A DNA stretch of 64,000 nucleotides, taken from NCBI RefSeq assembly GCF_036402275.1, contig NZ_DASWTF010000027.1, positions 86,183 to 150,182 on the forward strand, read 5' to 3'. The stretch's first letter is position 1; each line of letters begins with the position of its first letter. Below are positions 1 through 11,127 of this stretch, in pieces. The translations under genes and the position numbers were made by a program. The notes beneath the pieces are model-generated. The model saw only the letters and a list, made by a program, of their open reading frames with translations, did no database searches and had not been told where the DNA came from. This DNA is from Steroidobacter sp. (GTDB lineage: Bacteria > Pseudomonadota > Gammaproteobacteria > Steroidobacterales > Steroidobacteraceae).

Positions 1-3000
1 CATGGCCGGCGCCGGAAAGCGGTCATGGCGCCGTGCGTGTCAGTGGTGCGCTCAAGGGCGCCGAGCTTCTGCAATTGTCCGCGGCGGTCGACGTGGGACA
101 GCTCACAACGGCGCTGCCAGTGTGGACCATTCCACTGCCGGTGGCGGCTCCGCTGGTGCCGCCAGTTTCAAACGATGAACCGCCGAAGCCTGCTCCGCAG
201 CCGCCGAAACATCCCATCGAGCCCGAGCCGGCGCCAGTGGTCGAAGAGCCACCGCCCACACCCGAAGTGTTGAGCTACACGCGCCTGGCCTTTGCACTGA
301 ACGCCCAGAAATCAAACGATCGATGGAGCGTGACGCTCTCGGACCTCGACGCGACTCGTTCCGACTCGTCCTGGAAGGCGAAGAAAATCGAGGCGCGGTG
401 GTCGCGCGGCGAACATGGCGCGCTCAAGGTCAGCGGTGAAGCGGATCGAGTGGCGTTGGACAACATCTGGCCCTGGCTCGCCTACTTGCCCGAAGGCGAA
501 GGTCTGGCGCGCGTGCGAGCCTCGCAAGCGAAAGGGGCGCTCAACGATGTGAAATTCTCCTTCGCGCGCACTGCGCCCGATGTTGCCGCCACCTACTCGG
601 TGCAGGCCAAGCTCGAAGGCATCGGGATGGCCCCGGTGTTGCGTACACCGGGCTTCAGTGGCATCAGCGGCAATCTCGACATCAACGATCAAGCGGGCCA
701 GCTGCAGCTGGCGTCGAAGCAGATCGAGTTCAATCTGCCGCGAATGTTCCGTGAAGTGTTGTTCGCCTCGTCCGCCGAGGGCGTGGTGTCCTGGCAGCGG
801 ACCGACGCCGGCTTGGTGGTGAGCACGGATCAGTTGCGAGTGCAGGGCGAGGATGGGCGCGCCGTGGCTCGCATGCATCTGACTTTGCCCAGCGACGGCG
901 GCTCGCCGGTGCTCGATCTGTTCGCGCAAGGCGAGGATCTGAAGGTGAGCTCGACGCGCAAATATCTGCCAGCGGACAAGCTCGGGCCCAAGACGTTGGA
1001 ATGGTTCGACGCCGCGCTGGTCGACGGCCGAATTTCCACGGCGGAGTTCCAGTACAAGGGACCGATGCGAGCGTTTCCGTTCCGCAAGAACGAAGGCACG
1101 TTCCTGGCGCGAGCTCAGGTGGAGAACGCGCTGTTCAACTATCAGGAAGGCTGGCAGCCGGCGCGCGAGCTGGCGGCGCAAGTGGAATTCCGAAATCAAG
1201 GCATGAGCGTGCGCGCCACCGCCGGCCTGGTCGGCAATGTTCGCGTGAATCAGGCCACCGCCGAGATTCCAGATCTGAAAGACAGCGAGCTGTCGATCAA
1301 GGCGAGCGCGGGCGGCGATCTCGATGCGGGGCTCGCGTTCCTGCGCGAGAGTCCGATCGGTCCGAAGCTCGGCGAGACTTTCGCGCGACTCGGCGGGCGC
1401 GGGCCGATGACCGCCGATGTGCGGCTTGGGCTGCCGTTGAAGCGTCCAACAGATAACAAGATCGATGTGACGGCGCATTTCGCCGACGCCACCGTGACGA
1501 TGCAAAAGGTCGTCGCTCCCGTGCAGGGACTGACGGGTGAGTTGACGGTCAAGAACTCGCTGATCGCCGCAGGGGACCTGAAGGGTCGATTTCTCGGCGG
1601 CCCGCTCGCCGTGAAGATCGAACAGCAGAGCGCGACCGCTGCGCAGCTCGAAGCTAACGGGCGGGCCGAGTCTGGCGAGCTGCGGGCTTTGTTTGCGTTG
1701 CCGGCGACAGTGAAATTGACCGGCGCCACCGACTGGCACATGAGCATGCCCATCGCCAGCGGCGATAGCGAGGTGGCGCGTCGTCGCAATATCAAGATCG
1801 ATTCGAATCTGAGCGGCCTGGGCGTCGGCTTGCCTGAGCCTCTGGGCAAGAGCGTATTCGACGAGCGGCCGTTGCAGGTGGCCTTGGAAATAGACGACGA
1901 ACAACTGCTGAGCCGCACCTCCTATGGCGACGTGCGGGCGCTGATTCGCCTGCGACAAGGCGACGATGGATGGATGCTCGACCGCGGCGGCGTGCGCGCG
2001 GATGCCATTGCGCCGGCACTGCCGAGCCATCGTGGATTGCGCATCGAAGGCAGCGTGCAACGTTTCGTGCTGGATGACTGGCTGGCGCTGCGGGGTACTC
2101 CTTCGAACAACAGTGCGATCCCATCCAGGGACGACGAAGACGCCAAGACGCTGTCGGACTATTTGCAGGCGGCCAACGTGCGCGTCGCCGACTTCCAATT
2201 GTTCGGTTATCGCTTCCCCGATCTGCGCGGGGTGTTGCAGTCGACGCAGAGCGGCTGGCGCATCGACGTCAGCGGCGAGAGCGCGGCGGGACAGGTGCTC
2301 ATCCCTGAATCGTTTACGGGCTCGCAACCGCTGCGCGCCACCATGGAACGTTTGGTCATCGACAAAGCGCCGCGCCCGGAAGGCGAAACGAAAAAAGATG
2401 AAGATGAGGACCTGGACCCGCGCAACCTGCCGAACATGCAGGTGTACGTGAGCAACATGCGCGTGGGCACGCGAGCGATCGGGGCGGTTGAGTTGAAAGC
2501 AACGCGAGTCCCGCAAGGCATTCGCTTCGACAACGCAACCATCCTGGCCGAATCGGTGCGCGCCGATGCGAAAGGCGAGTGGTTGAAGACGGTCGACGGC
2601 TTGCATTCGACTTTGAATGCAACTATCGAGAGCAAGGACGTCGCCGCCACGCTGCGCGCGCTGAATTACACGCCTTTCATCGAAGCAAAGCGTGGCGCGA
2701 TCAAAGCAGATCTGGCGTGGCAGGGTGGCTACGACGGCAACATTCTCGAACATGCTTCCGGCGCGATTCGCGTCGAAGCGGAAACGGGCCAACTCGTGAA
2801 TTTGCAGCCCGGCGCGGGCCGTGTGCTGGGCCTGTTCAGCGTTGGCGCGTTGCCGCGCCGGTTGGCGCTCGACTTCAGCGATCTCACCGAGAAAGGCCTG
2901 GCGTTCGACACCGTGCGTGGCGATTTCGAATTACGCGATGGCAATGCCTACACGAGCAATTTGCTGTTGCGAGGACCGGCGGCCGAGATCGGCATCGCTG

Positions 3001-3257
3001 GCCGCACTGGATTAGGCACGCGCGATTACGACCAGACTGCTGTCGTCACAGGGAATCTCGGCGCGTCGCTGCCGGTCGCTGGCGCATTGGCGGGCGGGCC
3101 CGTGGTGGGCGCGGCCATTCTGCTGTTCTCCCAGGTTTTCAAAGAACCCCTGAAAGGCATCACTCGCGGCTACTATCGCATCACCGGCCCTTGGGAGGAG
3201 CCAGTGGTCGAACGGGTGGATGCGGCGGACGCCAAAGCAGATGCATCGGGTGACTAA
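1..3257 (+). CDS. yhdP: YhdP/AsmA-like envelope lipid-transport protein, 5'-truncated by window edge
   Basis: Frame is open from the window start; C-terminal FDxxxGDFELRDGNAYTSNLLLRGPAAEIGIAGRTGL...DYDQ segment typical of YhdP; upstream of nitrilase and tldD as in other gammaproteobacteria. Confidence 0.85.
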   Translation, partial: WPAPESGHGAVRVSGALKGAELLQLSAAVDVGQLTTALPVWTIPLPVAAPLVPPVSNDEPPKPAPQPPKHPIEPEPAPVVEEPPPTPEVLSYTRLAFALNAQKSNDRWSVTLSDLDATRSDSSWKAKKIEARWSRGEHGALKVSGEADRVALDNIWPWLAYLPEGEGLARVRASQAKGALNDVKFSFARTAPDVAATYSVQAKLEGIGMAPVLRTPGFSGISGNLDINDQAGQLQLASKQIEFNLPRMFREVLFASSAEGVVSWQRTDAGLVVSTDQLRVQGEDGRAVARMHLTLPSDGGSPVLDLFAQGEDLKVSSTRKYLPADKLGPKTLEWFDAALVDGRISTAEFQYKGPMRAFPFRKNEGTFLARAQVENALFNYQEGWQPARELAAQVEFRNQGMSVRATAGLVGNVRVNQATAEIPDLKDSELSIKASAGGDLDAGLAFLRESPIGPKLGETFARLGGRGPMTADVRLGLPLKRPTDNKIDVTAHFADATVTMQKVVAPVQGLTGELTVKNSLIAAGDLKGRFLGGPLAVKIEQQSATAAQLEANGRAESGELRALFALPATVKLTGATDWHMSMPIASGDSEVARRRNIKIDSNLSGLGVGLPEPLGKSVFDERPLQVALEIDDEQLLSRTSYGDVRALIRLRQGDDGWMLDRGGVRADAIAPALPSHRGLRIEGSVQRFVLDDWLALRGTPSNNSAIPSRDDEDAKTLSDYLQAANVRVADFQLFGYRFPDLRGVLQSTQSGWRIDVSGESAAGQVLIPESFTGSQPLRATMERLVIDKAPRPEGETKKDEDEDLDPRNLPNMQVYVSNMRVGTRAIGAVELKATRVPQGIRFDNATILAESVRADAKGEWLKTVDGLHSTLNATIESKDVAATLRALNYTPFIEAKRGAIKADLAWQGGYDGNILEHASGAIRVEAETGQLVNLQPGAGRVLGLFSVGALPRRLALDFSDLTEKGLAFDTVRGDFELRDGNAYTSNLLLRGPAAEIGIAGRTGLGTRDYDQTAVVTGNLGASLPVAGALAGGPVVGAAILLFSQVFKEPLKGITRGYYRITGPWEEPVVERVDAADAKADASGD

Positions 3258-3260
3258 CGA

Positions 3261-4112
3261 GTGACTTCTAGAGTCGCTGTACTGCAAATGACCTCGGCTC
3301 CCGAGGTCGATGCCAATCTCACAACGGCGCGCGTCCTGTTGGAACGCGCTCGCGCCGAAGGCGCGACGCTGGCGGCGCTGCCTGAAAATTTTGCCATCAT
3401 GGGCCGCAAGGAGACCGATAAGGTCGCCGTCGCGGAAGCTCCTGGCGAAGGCCCCATACAAGCGTTCCTCGGGCACTGCGCGCGCGAGCTGGGTCTGTGG
3501 ATCATCGGCGGCACCATTCCGTTGCGGGTCGAGAACGAGCCCGAGCGTGTCGCGTCGGCGTCGCTGGTATTCGATGAGCGCGGTCGCTGCGTGGCTCGTT
3601 ACGACAAGATCCATCTGTTCGACGTCGCCATTCCCAATCGAGAAGCGCCCGACAGGAACGAGCGCTATCGGGAATCCGCCACTGTCGCTCCAGGCAGTCA
3701 GCTCACCGTGGCGCCTACACCGGCAGGTCGCGTCGGCATGGCCGTTTGCTACGACGTGCGCTTTCCGGAGCTGTTCCGGATGTTGCAGGAGCAGGGGGCG
3801 GAAATCCTTAGCCTGCCTTCAGCGTTTACCGCACCCACCGGCAAGGCGCATTGGGAATTGTTGGTGCGGGCCCGGGCGGTCGAGAATCTGTGCTACGTCC
3901 TGGCCCCAGCTCAGAGCGGTATTCATCCGAACGGACGGGAGACCTGGGGAGACTCGCTGATCGTGGATCCGTGGGGCCAGGTCGTTTCCCGAGTCGCCGA
4001 GGCCGGTCCCGGCCTTGCAGTTGCGGAAATCGACCGCACTGTGCAACAAGAACTGCGCGAACGATTCCCGGCGCTGTCGCATCGGCGTTTTTCGATCGCG
4101 CCGCCCGCCTGA
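3261..4112 (+). CDS. Carbon-nitrogen hydrolase (Nit1/deaminated glutathione amidase-like)
   Basis: [14 protein letters not shown] and VCYDVRFPE motifs (Glu-Lys-Cys triad); conserved yhdP-nit-tldD order. Confidence 0.9.
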   Translation: MTSRVAVLQMTSAPEVDANLTTARVLLERARAEGATLAALPENFAIMGRKETDKVAVAEAPGEGPIQAFLGHCARELGLWIIGGTIPLRVENEPERVASASLVFDERGRCVARYDKIHLFDVAIPNREAPDRNERYRESATVAPGSQLTVAPTPAGRVGMAVCYDVRFPELFRMLQEQGAEILSLPSAFTAPTGKAHWELLVRARAVENLCYVLAPAQSGIHPNGRETWGDSLIVDPWGQVVSRVAEAGPGLAVAEIDRTVQQELRERFPALSHRRFSIAPPA

Positions 4113-4164
4113 CGGGCCCGATTGGCATAATGGCCCCCGGCCACTCCAGGAATACGCACGCCCT

Positions 4165-5673
4165 ATGAGCACCACGCCCGTTTCCGTCGTCCACGATCGT
4201 TTGCACCTCGAATTGCCCAACGCGTTCAACGCGTCGCAGCCGTTGGAAGTCGCGCGTCAGGCGATTCTCGCGCCCTCGGGGTTGGACGAGGATCGTATCG
4301 CCGGCGTGCTCGGCAGCGTCATGGGCTACAGCGTCGACTACGCGGATTTGTATTTCCAGCTGAGCCGCGAAGAGTCGTGGTCGCTGGAAGACGGCATCGT
4401 CAAAGACGGCTCGCACAGCATCGAACAAGGCGTGGGCGTGCGTGCGCTGGCTGGCGAGAAAACCGGTTTCGCCTATTCCGACGAGATCGTGCTGCCGGCG
4501 TTGACCGAAGCTTCCATGGCCGCTCGCGCGATCGCGCGCAGCGGAGCAAACAAATCCATGCAGGCCTGGCGTTCGACGGCCGGTCATCAGTTGTATCTGC
4601 CGATGGATCCGCTCGAAGGGTTGAGTGACACCGACAAGGTGCAACTGCTCGAACGTATCGATCGCGAAGCGCGCCGTTTGAATCCCTGCGTGACGCAGGT
4701 GATGGCGAGTCTGTCGGGCTCGCACGAGGTCGTGCTCGTGATGGCCAGCGACGGCACGGTCGCGGCGGATGTCCGTCCGTTGGTGCGAATGAATGTTTCT
4801 GTGATCGTCGAGAAGGACGGTCGGCGCGAGCAGGGTTATGCCGGCACCGGCGGCCGTTATGGCTTCGCCAAGTTCCTGGAGAAAGATCGGTGGAAGGAGC
4901 TGGTGCACGAAGCGGTGCGCGGCGCGCTGGTCAATCTGGATGCGGTGCCCGCGCCGGCTGGCACGATGACCGTGGTGCTCGGCCCGGGTTGGCCCGGCGT
5001 GTTGTTGCACGAAGCCGTGGGTCACGGACTCGAAGGCGACTTCAATCGCAAGGGCACTTCGGCGTTCTCCGGGCGCATCGGCGAACAGGTGGCGTCCGAG
5101 CTGTGCACCATCGTCGACGATGGCACGCTCGGCTCGCGTCGCGGTTCGCTGAACATAGACGATGAAGGTGTGCCGACTCAGTGCACGACTTTGATCGAGA
5201 ACGGCGTGCTCCGCGGATATATGCAGGACAAGCTGAACGCGCGTCTCATGGGCGTCGCTCCGACGGGCAACGGCCGGCGCGAATCGTTTGCTCACATGAC
5301 GATGCCGCGCATGACGAATACATACATGCTCGCGGGCAAGCACGATCCGCAGGAAATCATCGGGTCGGTGCAGAAGGGGCTGTACTGCCGCAACTTCGGC
5401 GGCGGCCAGGTGGATATCACTTCCGGCAAATTCGTGTTCTCGGCCAGCGAGGCGTATTTGATCGAGAACGGCAAGCTGGGTGCGCCGGTGCGCGGCGCCA
5501 CGCTGATCGGCAACGGGCCCGAAGTGATGCGCCGTGTGTCCATGGTCGGCAACGACCTGAAGCTGGACGAGGGCGTGGGTACCTGCGGCAAGGAAGGGCA
5601 GGACGTGCCCGTCGGCGTCGGCCAGCCGACGCTACGCGTCGACGGCCTCACCGTGGGCGGCACGGCGGCGTGA
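4165..5673 (+). CDS. tldD: Metalloprotease TldD
   Basis: [18 protein letters not shown] (HExxxH) and [17 protein letters not shown] motifs; start moved to ATG 4165, same frame as ORF 4015. Confidence 0.95.
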   Translation: MSTTPVSVVHDRLHLELPNAFNASQPLEVARQAILAPSGLDEDRIAGVLGSVMGYSVDYADLYFQLSREESWSLEDGIVKDGSHSIEQGVGVRALAGEKTGFAYSDEIVLPALTEASMAARAIARSGANKSMQAWRSTAGHQLYLPMDPLEGLSDTDKVQLLERIDREARRLNPCVTQVMASLSGSHEVVLVMASDGTVAADVRPLVRMNVSVIVEKDGRREQGYAGTGGRYGFAKFLEKDRWKELVHEAVRGALVNLDAVPAPAGTMTVVLGPGWPGVLLHEAVGHGLEGDFNRKGTSAFSGRIGEQVASELCTIVDDGTLGSRRGSLNIDDEGVPTQCTTLIENGVLRGYMQDKLNARLMGVAPTGNGRRESFAHMTMPRMTNTYMLAGKHDPQEIIGSVQKGLYCRNFGGGQVDITSGKFVFSASEAYLIENGKLGAPVRGATLIGNGPEVMRRVSMVGNDLKLDEGVGTCGKEGQDVPVGVGQPTLRVDGLTVGGTAA

Positions 5674-5774
5674 TGTAAAAAGTCGCCGCCCGCGGTGAGC
5701 CGGGACACATCCCGGTATCCGCAGCCCGCTTCGCGCTGCTACGATTGCGCGGTCGCGGGCTGTGATTCTTTCCT

Positions 5775-6002
5775 ATGTGGATTTCCCGTCCGATCTACGA
5801 GCTGCTGCCTTACCTGTACATGCTGATCGGCGTCAGCCTGCTGGCCGCGGCATGGCTGGTCGAGGCCCAGACCTGGCCCAGCATCTTCCTCACCGTGGGC
5901 GCACTGAGCCTGATGGGTGGTCTCGTGCTCTGGCTGCGTCGCAAGGACTACCGCACCAAACAAGCCGAATACGACAGCCGCTCCCTCGACGACAAGGTCT
6001 GA
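5775..6002 (+). CDS. Small two-TM membrane protein of unknown function
   Basis: 75 aa, two hydrophobic helices and a charged tail; fills the gap between tldD and the ATPase. Confidence 0.7.
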   Translation: MWISRPIYELLPYLYMLIGVSLLAAAWLVEAQTWPSIFLTVGALSLMGGLVLWLRRKDYRTKQAEYDSRSLDDKV

Positions 6003-6027
6003 ATAGCCGCTGCGCGGGCGAGCGCGG

Positions 6028-7422
6028 CTAGCGGCCCGATCCCAGTTCGTTCGCCTGCCGATCTTCTTCTTCGTGTTCTTCGTGCTCGTCCCGCTCTTCC
6101 AGCGGTTCGCCGTCGTCCTGGGCGAGGGTGGCGGCGTGGCCGCGGTCGGGGCCGTCGTGCATGAGTTGGACGGCGTCGTCGTCCACCTCGTGGAACGCCG
6201 TGCGGCTGCGGTTGGTGCGCTCGTCGAAATACATGATTTCGTGCTGGCCGATCTGCACCACGTCGCCGTCGTTCAGCATGCGGCGGCGGACGCGCTTGGA
6301 GCGCACGTAGATACCGTTGGTGCTGTTCAGATCTTCCAGCACCGACGTATGTATCGAAGTGATGATCTGCGCGTGATGACGGCTGATGTATTTGCTATCG
6401 ATCTGCAGATCGTTGTCCGGCGTGCGGCCGATGATGAAGCGGCCCGGCGTGAGCTCGCGTTCGGCGATGGTCTGGCCGTTGAAGCCGACCAGGATGCGCC
6501 CGAGCACGATGCGCCGTTCGTTGGAGGGTTCGCTGCCGTTGGCGCCCTGCATGCCGCCGTTCATGCCGCCGGGCGCGCCGTGCAGCGCCTGCAGCTTCAC
6601 CGAACGTTCGGCATATTCGACCCACTGCAATTCTTCGATCGCCGCTTTCACATCGTCCATGGTGACGCTCGGGCGATCCTGCGCGAACGCCGCCATCATC
6701 GCGGTGTCGGCCAGCGTGTTCACCAGGCGCGGAACGCCGCCGGTGTAGCGGTAAATCAAAGGAAATGTTTCCGGATCGAAAATCTCCCGGCCCTGCGAGC
6801 CGGCCACTTCCAGGCGGTGCTGGATATACGCCGACATGTCGGTCTTCGACAGCGCGGTGAGATGGAAACGCAGGCGGATACGTTGCGCCAGCTGCACCAG
6901 CCCCGGCGCATTGAGCTTGTCGTTCAGCTCCGGCTGGCCGGCCAGGATGATGCGCAGGACCTTTTCCTTGGTGGTCTCCACGCCCGACAGCAGCCGGATC
7001 TCTTCCAGCACCTTGTTTGACAGATTCTGGGCTTCGTCCACGATCAGCAGCACGCGCCGGCCGTTGGCGTATTGCTCCACCAGAAACTCGTTCAAGGTGG
7101 CCAGCAGCTCGGCCTTTTTCATCTTGAACGGCGAGAAACCGAACTGCACCAGCACGCTCTGCAGGAATTCGATGGCGGTGACCTGGGTCTGGTTGATCTG
7201 CGCCACCACCACGTCCTTCTCCAGTTCCTTCAGGAAGGTTTCGATCAGGGTGGTCTTGCCCGAGCCGATTTCTCCGGTGATCACGACGAAACCGTCGGTG
7301 AACCAGATGGTGGATTCCATGTACGCCTTGGCGCGCGCATGGTGCTTGGACAGGTACAGGAACTGCGGATCCGGCGTCAGCCGAAACGGCAATTCATGCA
7401 GCTTGAACAGTTCGAGATACAT
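6028..7422 (-). CDS. ExeA/GspA-type AAA ATPase with C-terminal FHA domain
   Basis: PFRLTPDPQFLY, Walker A GEIGSGKT, Walker B LLIVDEAQ, GQPEL; FHA motifs IIGR..DNDL, SRHHA, STNG. Confidence 0.85.
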   Translation of the reverse strand: MYLELFKLHELPFRLTPDPQFLYLSKHHARAKAYMESTIWFTDGFVVITGEIGSGKTTLIETFLKELEKDVVVAQINQTQVTAIEFLQSVLVQFGFSPFKMKKAELLATLNEFLVEQYANGRRVLLIVDEAQNLSNKVLEEIRLLSGVETTKEKVLRIILAGQPELNDKLNAPGLVQLAQRIRLRFHLTALSKTDMSAYIQHRLEVAGSQGREIFDPETFPLIYRYTGGVPRLVNTLADTAMMAAFAQDRPSVTMDDVKAAIEELQWVEYAERSVKLQALHGAPGGMNGGMQGANGSEPSNERRIVLGRILVGFNGQTIAERELTPGRFIIGRTPDNDLQIDSKYISRHHAQIITSIHTSVLEDLNSTNGIYVRSKRVRRRMLNDGDVVQIGQHEIMYFDERTNRSRTAFHEVDDDAVQLMHDGPDRGHAATLAQDDGEPLEERDEHEEHEEEDRQANELGSGR

Positions 7423-7556
7423 GCTGTGGTGATCTGTTCCTGTTGCGGCGGGCGGGTAGGCCCAGGCAGTTTACGAAAGAACCGTACCCCGACACAAAAA
7501 TCACGGTCAATTAACCAGAATACGGCCCGGCGTAATGAGGGCCGGACCCCGCTGGG

Positions 7557-8639
7557 TTACATCTTCAGCTTGAGCAACTGCTGCAATGCCCGATCCCGGG
7601 CCGCCGGCGATGGAGCGTTGATGGTGCAATGTCCGAGCTTGCGGTTGGGCCGCGGTTCTTTCCCGTAGCTGTGAAAGTGTACGCCCGACACGCGCAGAAT
7701 GTTCCCAAGCTCGGGAATGGTGCCAATGAAGTTCATCATTGCCGAGTGGCCATTCGCACGGGTGCTGCCCAGTGGCAGACCGAGGATGGCGCGCACGTGA
7801 TTCTCGAACTGGCTGGTCTGCGCGCCTTCGATGGTCCAATGGCCGGAATTGTGAACGCGCGGCGCCATCTCGTTGGCAATCAGCTTGCCGCCCTTCACGA
7901 AAAACTCGATGGTGAGCACGCCGGCGTAATCCAGATGTTTCAACAGGCGGCGCATGTATGTTTCCGCCTGCTTCTGTAACGAAGCGTTTCGATACGGCGC
8001 GATGGAGTAGCGCAGGATGCCCTGCGAATGGGTGTTCGCCGACAGCGGATAAAACAATGTTTCGCCGCTCGTGCTGCGCACGCCGATGATGGACACCTCG
8101 CGCGAGAAATCGACGAAACCTTCGTAAATCAGCGGCACCGTGCCGAGCGCCTGCCACGCGGCTTCGATATCGGCCGGCTTGCGCAAGTAGAACTGGCCGC
8201 GGCCGTCGTAGCCGAGGCGGCGCGTCTTGAGCACGCCCGGCAAACCGATCTTTTCCACCGCCGCGTGCAGATCCTCGATGGAGTCGACCGCGGCGAACGG
8301 CGGCGTCGGAATCTTCAGCTGCTGGAACAATGTTTTTTCGTGCAGCCGGTCCTGCGAGGCGCCGAGCGCTTTGACCGGCGGCAGGAATGTTTTCTTGCTC
8401 GCGATCGGCTCGACTGCCGCGACCGGCACGTTCTCGACGTCGAATGTCACGACGTCGACTTCGTCAGCCAGCTCGGCGAGCTTGGCTCCGTCGTCGAATG
8501 CGCCAGGAATGATGCGGCCCACCTGGCCGCCAGGCGCGTCGCTGCTCTGATCCAGGAACACAAAACGTAAACCCAGCGGATAACCCGCCAGGGCCAGCAT
8601 GCGTCCCAGCTGGCCCGCACCGATGATGCCGATTTTCAT
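7557..8639 (-). CDS. purK: N5-CAIR synthase
   Basis: [32 protein letters not shown]; overlaps purE stop. Confidence 0.97.
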   Translation of the reverse strand: MKIGIIGAGQLGRMLALAGYPLGLRFVFLDQSSDAPGGQVGRIIPGAFDDGAKLAELADEVDVVTFDVENVPVAAVEPIASKKTFLPPVKALGASQDRLHEKTLFQQLKIPTPPFAAVDSIEDLHAAVEKIGLPGVLKTRRLGYDGRGQFYLRKPADIEAAWQALGTVPLIYEGFVDFSREVSIIGVRSTSGETLFYPLSANTHSQGILRYSIAPYRNASLQKQAETYMRRLLKHLDYAGVLTIEFFVKGGKLIANEMAPRVHNSGHWTIEGAQTSQFENHVRAILGLPLGSTRANGHSAMMNFIGTIPELGNILRVSGVHFHSYGKEPRPNRKLGHCTINAPSPAARDRALQQLLKLKM

Positions 8640-9142
8640 GGACGGGGAACGGAAGTGATGGACGGGTCGGGATTGGCGAGCACGCTGGCGGTCTGGTCGG
8701 CCCGGAACTTATCGAGCGCGGCGCGCACCGGCTCGTACTTGTTGGCCAGGATCGAGGCGGCGAACAGCGCCGCGTTGGTGGCGCCGGCCTGGCCGATGGC
8801 CAGGGTACCGACCGGAATGCCGGCGGGCATCTGCACGATGGACAGTAGCGAGTCGATGCCACTGAGCATTTTCGACTGCACCGGCACGCCCAGCACCGGC
8901 AGGCTGGTTTTGGCGGCCGTCATGCCCGGCAGGTGGGCCGCGCCGCCCGCGCCAGCGATGATGACCTCGAGGCCGCGCTCGCGCGCCTTTTCGGCGTAGT
9001 CGAACAGCAGGTCCGGGGTGCGATGCGCCGACACCACGCGCGTCTCGAACGCGATGCCGAGCCGCTGCAGGGTGTCCGCGGCGGGCTGCAAAGTCTCCCA
9101 ATCGGACTTCGAGCCCATGATGATGCCAACTAACGGTTTCAT
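8636..9142 (-). CDS. purE: N5-CAIR mutase
   Basis: [34 protein letters not shown]. Confidence 0.98.
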   Translation of the reverse strand: MKPLVGIIMGSKSDWETLQPAADTLQRLGIAFETRVVSAHRTPDLLFDYAEKARERGLEVIIAGAGGAAHLPGMTAAKTSLPVLGVPVQSKMLSGIDSLLSIVQMPAGIPVGTLAIGQAGATNAALFAASILANKYEPVRAALDKFRADQTASVLANPDPSITSVPRP

Positions 9143-9157
9143 AAGGGGCGGATTGTA

Positions 9158-9673
9158 TCAGGGGGCGCGTGACAGGGCGTCGCGCAGGAGTCGAAACAGC
9201 TCGCGGCCCGCCGGTGTGATTTTTTCCTTCGAGGTCTGCTGTTCCTTGCGGGCGCGCTCGGTCAGCTTGCTCACGGCATTGCTGTCGGCCTGCGGAAATT
9301 CCGCCTTGAACGAGGCTACGGCCTCGGCGCCTTCGCGCAGCAGCCGGTCCCGCCATTCCTCGATGCGATGGAAGCGGATGGCTTCGACCCGCTCGCGGTT
9401 GCGTTTGGCTTCGAGCGCCTCGCGGATGGGCTCGGCGTCGAGCTTGCGCATCAACTTGCCGATGTACTGTTTCTGCCGGTAGAGGCCCCCGTGCGCCGTG
9501 ATCCGACGCGCCAAGAGCACGGCATCGCGCAGCTGCTCCGGCAATGGCAGCGCGTCCAATTCGCTATCCGAAAGCTCGATCAGCGCTTCGCCCAACGCCT
9601 GCAGGTCGTCGCTGTGACGCTTGCGCGCGCTTTTACTGGGCCGGCTGTCGTCGTGGTCGGCGTCGTCGGTCAT
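9158..9673 (-). CDS. yjgA: Ribosome biogenesis factor YjgA/DarP (DUF615)
   Basis: PSKSARKR..LQALGEAL, RQKQYIGKLMR, FH..EEWRDRL; divergent from pmbA; start moved to ATG 9673. Confidence 0.9.
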   Translation of the reverse strand: MTDDADHDDSRPSKSARKRHSDDLQALGEALIELSDSELDALPLPEQLRDAVLLARRITAHGGLYRQKQYIGKLMRKLDAEPIREALEAKRNRERVEAIRFHRIEEWRDRLLREGAEAVASFKAEFPQADSNAVSKLTERARKEQQTSKEKITPAGRELFRLLRDALSRAP

Positions 9674-9757
9674 GTCAGGACAGGGCTGGTATGGGGGCGC
9701 AAGGATGCGTGCACGGCCGGCCGCATGCAAGGTCAGCCCGACTGATACAATTGGGCG

Positions 9758-11116
9758 ATGGCTCAAGTTCCCAGCACCGCCTCCAACCAGCTCAGCCACT
9801 CGCAACAGGACCTGCAGGACCTGGTTGCCCTCGCCATCGAGGAGGGCCGTCGCCTCGGCGCCACCGAATCCGAAGTCGGCATCAGCGTCGATACTGGCCT
9901 GTCGGTGACCGCGCGCTTGGGCGAAGTGGAAACACTCGAGTATCAGCGCGATCGCGGCATGGGCATCACCGTGTACCGCGGTAAGCGCAAGGGCACGGCG
10001 AGCACGGCCGATCTGCGGCCGCAGGCGATCCGCGAAACCGTCGCCAAGGCGTTCAGCATCGCCGGATTCACCGCCGAGGACGAATGCGCGGGCCTGCCCG
10101 ACCCAGAAGATCTGGCGAAAGAATTCCCCGATCTGCAGCTGTCACATCCCTGGGACATCGAGCCCGATGCGGCGCGTGATCTGGCGGTCGCTTGCGAAGC
10201 CGCGGCGCTCAATGCCGACAAGCGCATTGGCAATTCCGAGGGCGCCACGCTGTCGAGTCATCGAGGCTTGCGCGTGTTCGGTAATTCGGCCGGATTTCTC
10301 GGTGGCTTTCCGAGCACGATTCACAGCTTGAGCTGCGTGGTGGTGGCTCAAGACAACGGCGAGATGCAGCGGGACTACTGGTACAGCTCGGTGCGCGATT
10401 GGCGCGAGATGGAAGACGGAGAGTCCATCGGCAAGCAGGCCGCGGCGCGGGCATTGCGTCGTCTGGATGCAAAGAAGCTGCCGACCACGACTGCTCCGGT
10501 ATTGTTCGTTCCCGAGCTGGCGCGCGGTTTGATGGGACATTTCCTTGGCGCGATTCGCGGCGGTAGTCAGTATCGGCGTGCTTCGTTCCTGCTCGATGCG
10601 GCCGGCCAGCAGATCTTTCCGTCGTGGCTGCAAATTTCGGAGCGGCCGCATATTCCCAAAGCGCTCGCCAGCTCACCTTTCGACAGCGAAGGCGTGGTGA
10701 CGCGCGATCGCGAGTTGATCAAGGATGGCGTGCTCACGGGCTATGTGCTCAGCACGTATTCGGCGCGCAAACTCGGTTTGCGCACCACTGGTAACGCCGG
10801 CGGAGTGCACAACCTGATCGTTTCTTCCGGCGCGGATGACTTCAATGCGCTGCTCAAGAAGATGAATCGCGGCTTGCTGGTGACCGAGCTGATGGGGCAG
10901 GGCATCAACGGCGTGACCGGAGATTATTCACGCGGCGCAGCCGGCTTCTGGATCGAGAACGGCGAGATTCAGTATCCGGTCAACGAGATCACCATCGCCG
11001 GCAATCTGAAAGACATGTATCGCGAGATCGTCGCCGTCGGTAACGACGTCGATAAGCGCGGCGGCATTCGCACGGGCTCGGTGCTGCTCGAGAAGATGAC
11101 GATCGCCGGAGAGTGA
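9758..11116 (+). CDS. pmbA: TldE/PmbA metalloprotease subunit
   Basis: ETLEYQRDRGMGITVY, SPFDSEG, GDYSRGAAGFWIENGEI. Confidence 0.95.
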   Translation: MAQVPSTASNQLSHSQQDLQDLVALAIEEGRRLGATESEVGISVDTGLSVTARLGEVETLEYQRDRGMGITVYRGKRKGTASTADLRPQAIRETVAKAFSIAGFTAEDECAGLPDPEDLAKEFPDLQLSHPWDIEPDAARDLAVACEAAALNADKRIGNSEGATLSSHRGLRVFGNSAGFLGGFPSTIHSLSCVVVAQDNGEMQRDYWYSSVRDWREMEDGESIGKQAAARALRRLDAKKLPTTTAPVLFVPELARGLMGHFLGAIRGGSQYRRASFLLDAAGQQIFPSWLQISERPHIPKALASSPFDSEGVVTRDRELIKDGVLTGYVLSTYSARKLGLRTTGNAGGVHNLIVSSGADDFNALLKKMNRGLLVTELMGQGINGVTGDYSRGAAGFWIENGEIQYPVNEITIAGNLKDMYREIVAVGNDVDKRGGIRTGSVLLEKMTIAGE

Positions 11117-11127
11117 CGGCGATTCGA

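Noticed and set aside
312-2792. Long antisense or alternative-frame ORFs (also 3826-5343, 15304-16857, 38781-40295, 46541-48577, 58127-60463, 62455-63723)
   Set aside because: They shadow well-supported genes, lack motifs, and are expected in high-GC DNA with strong codon bias.
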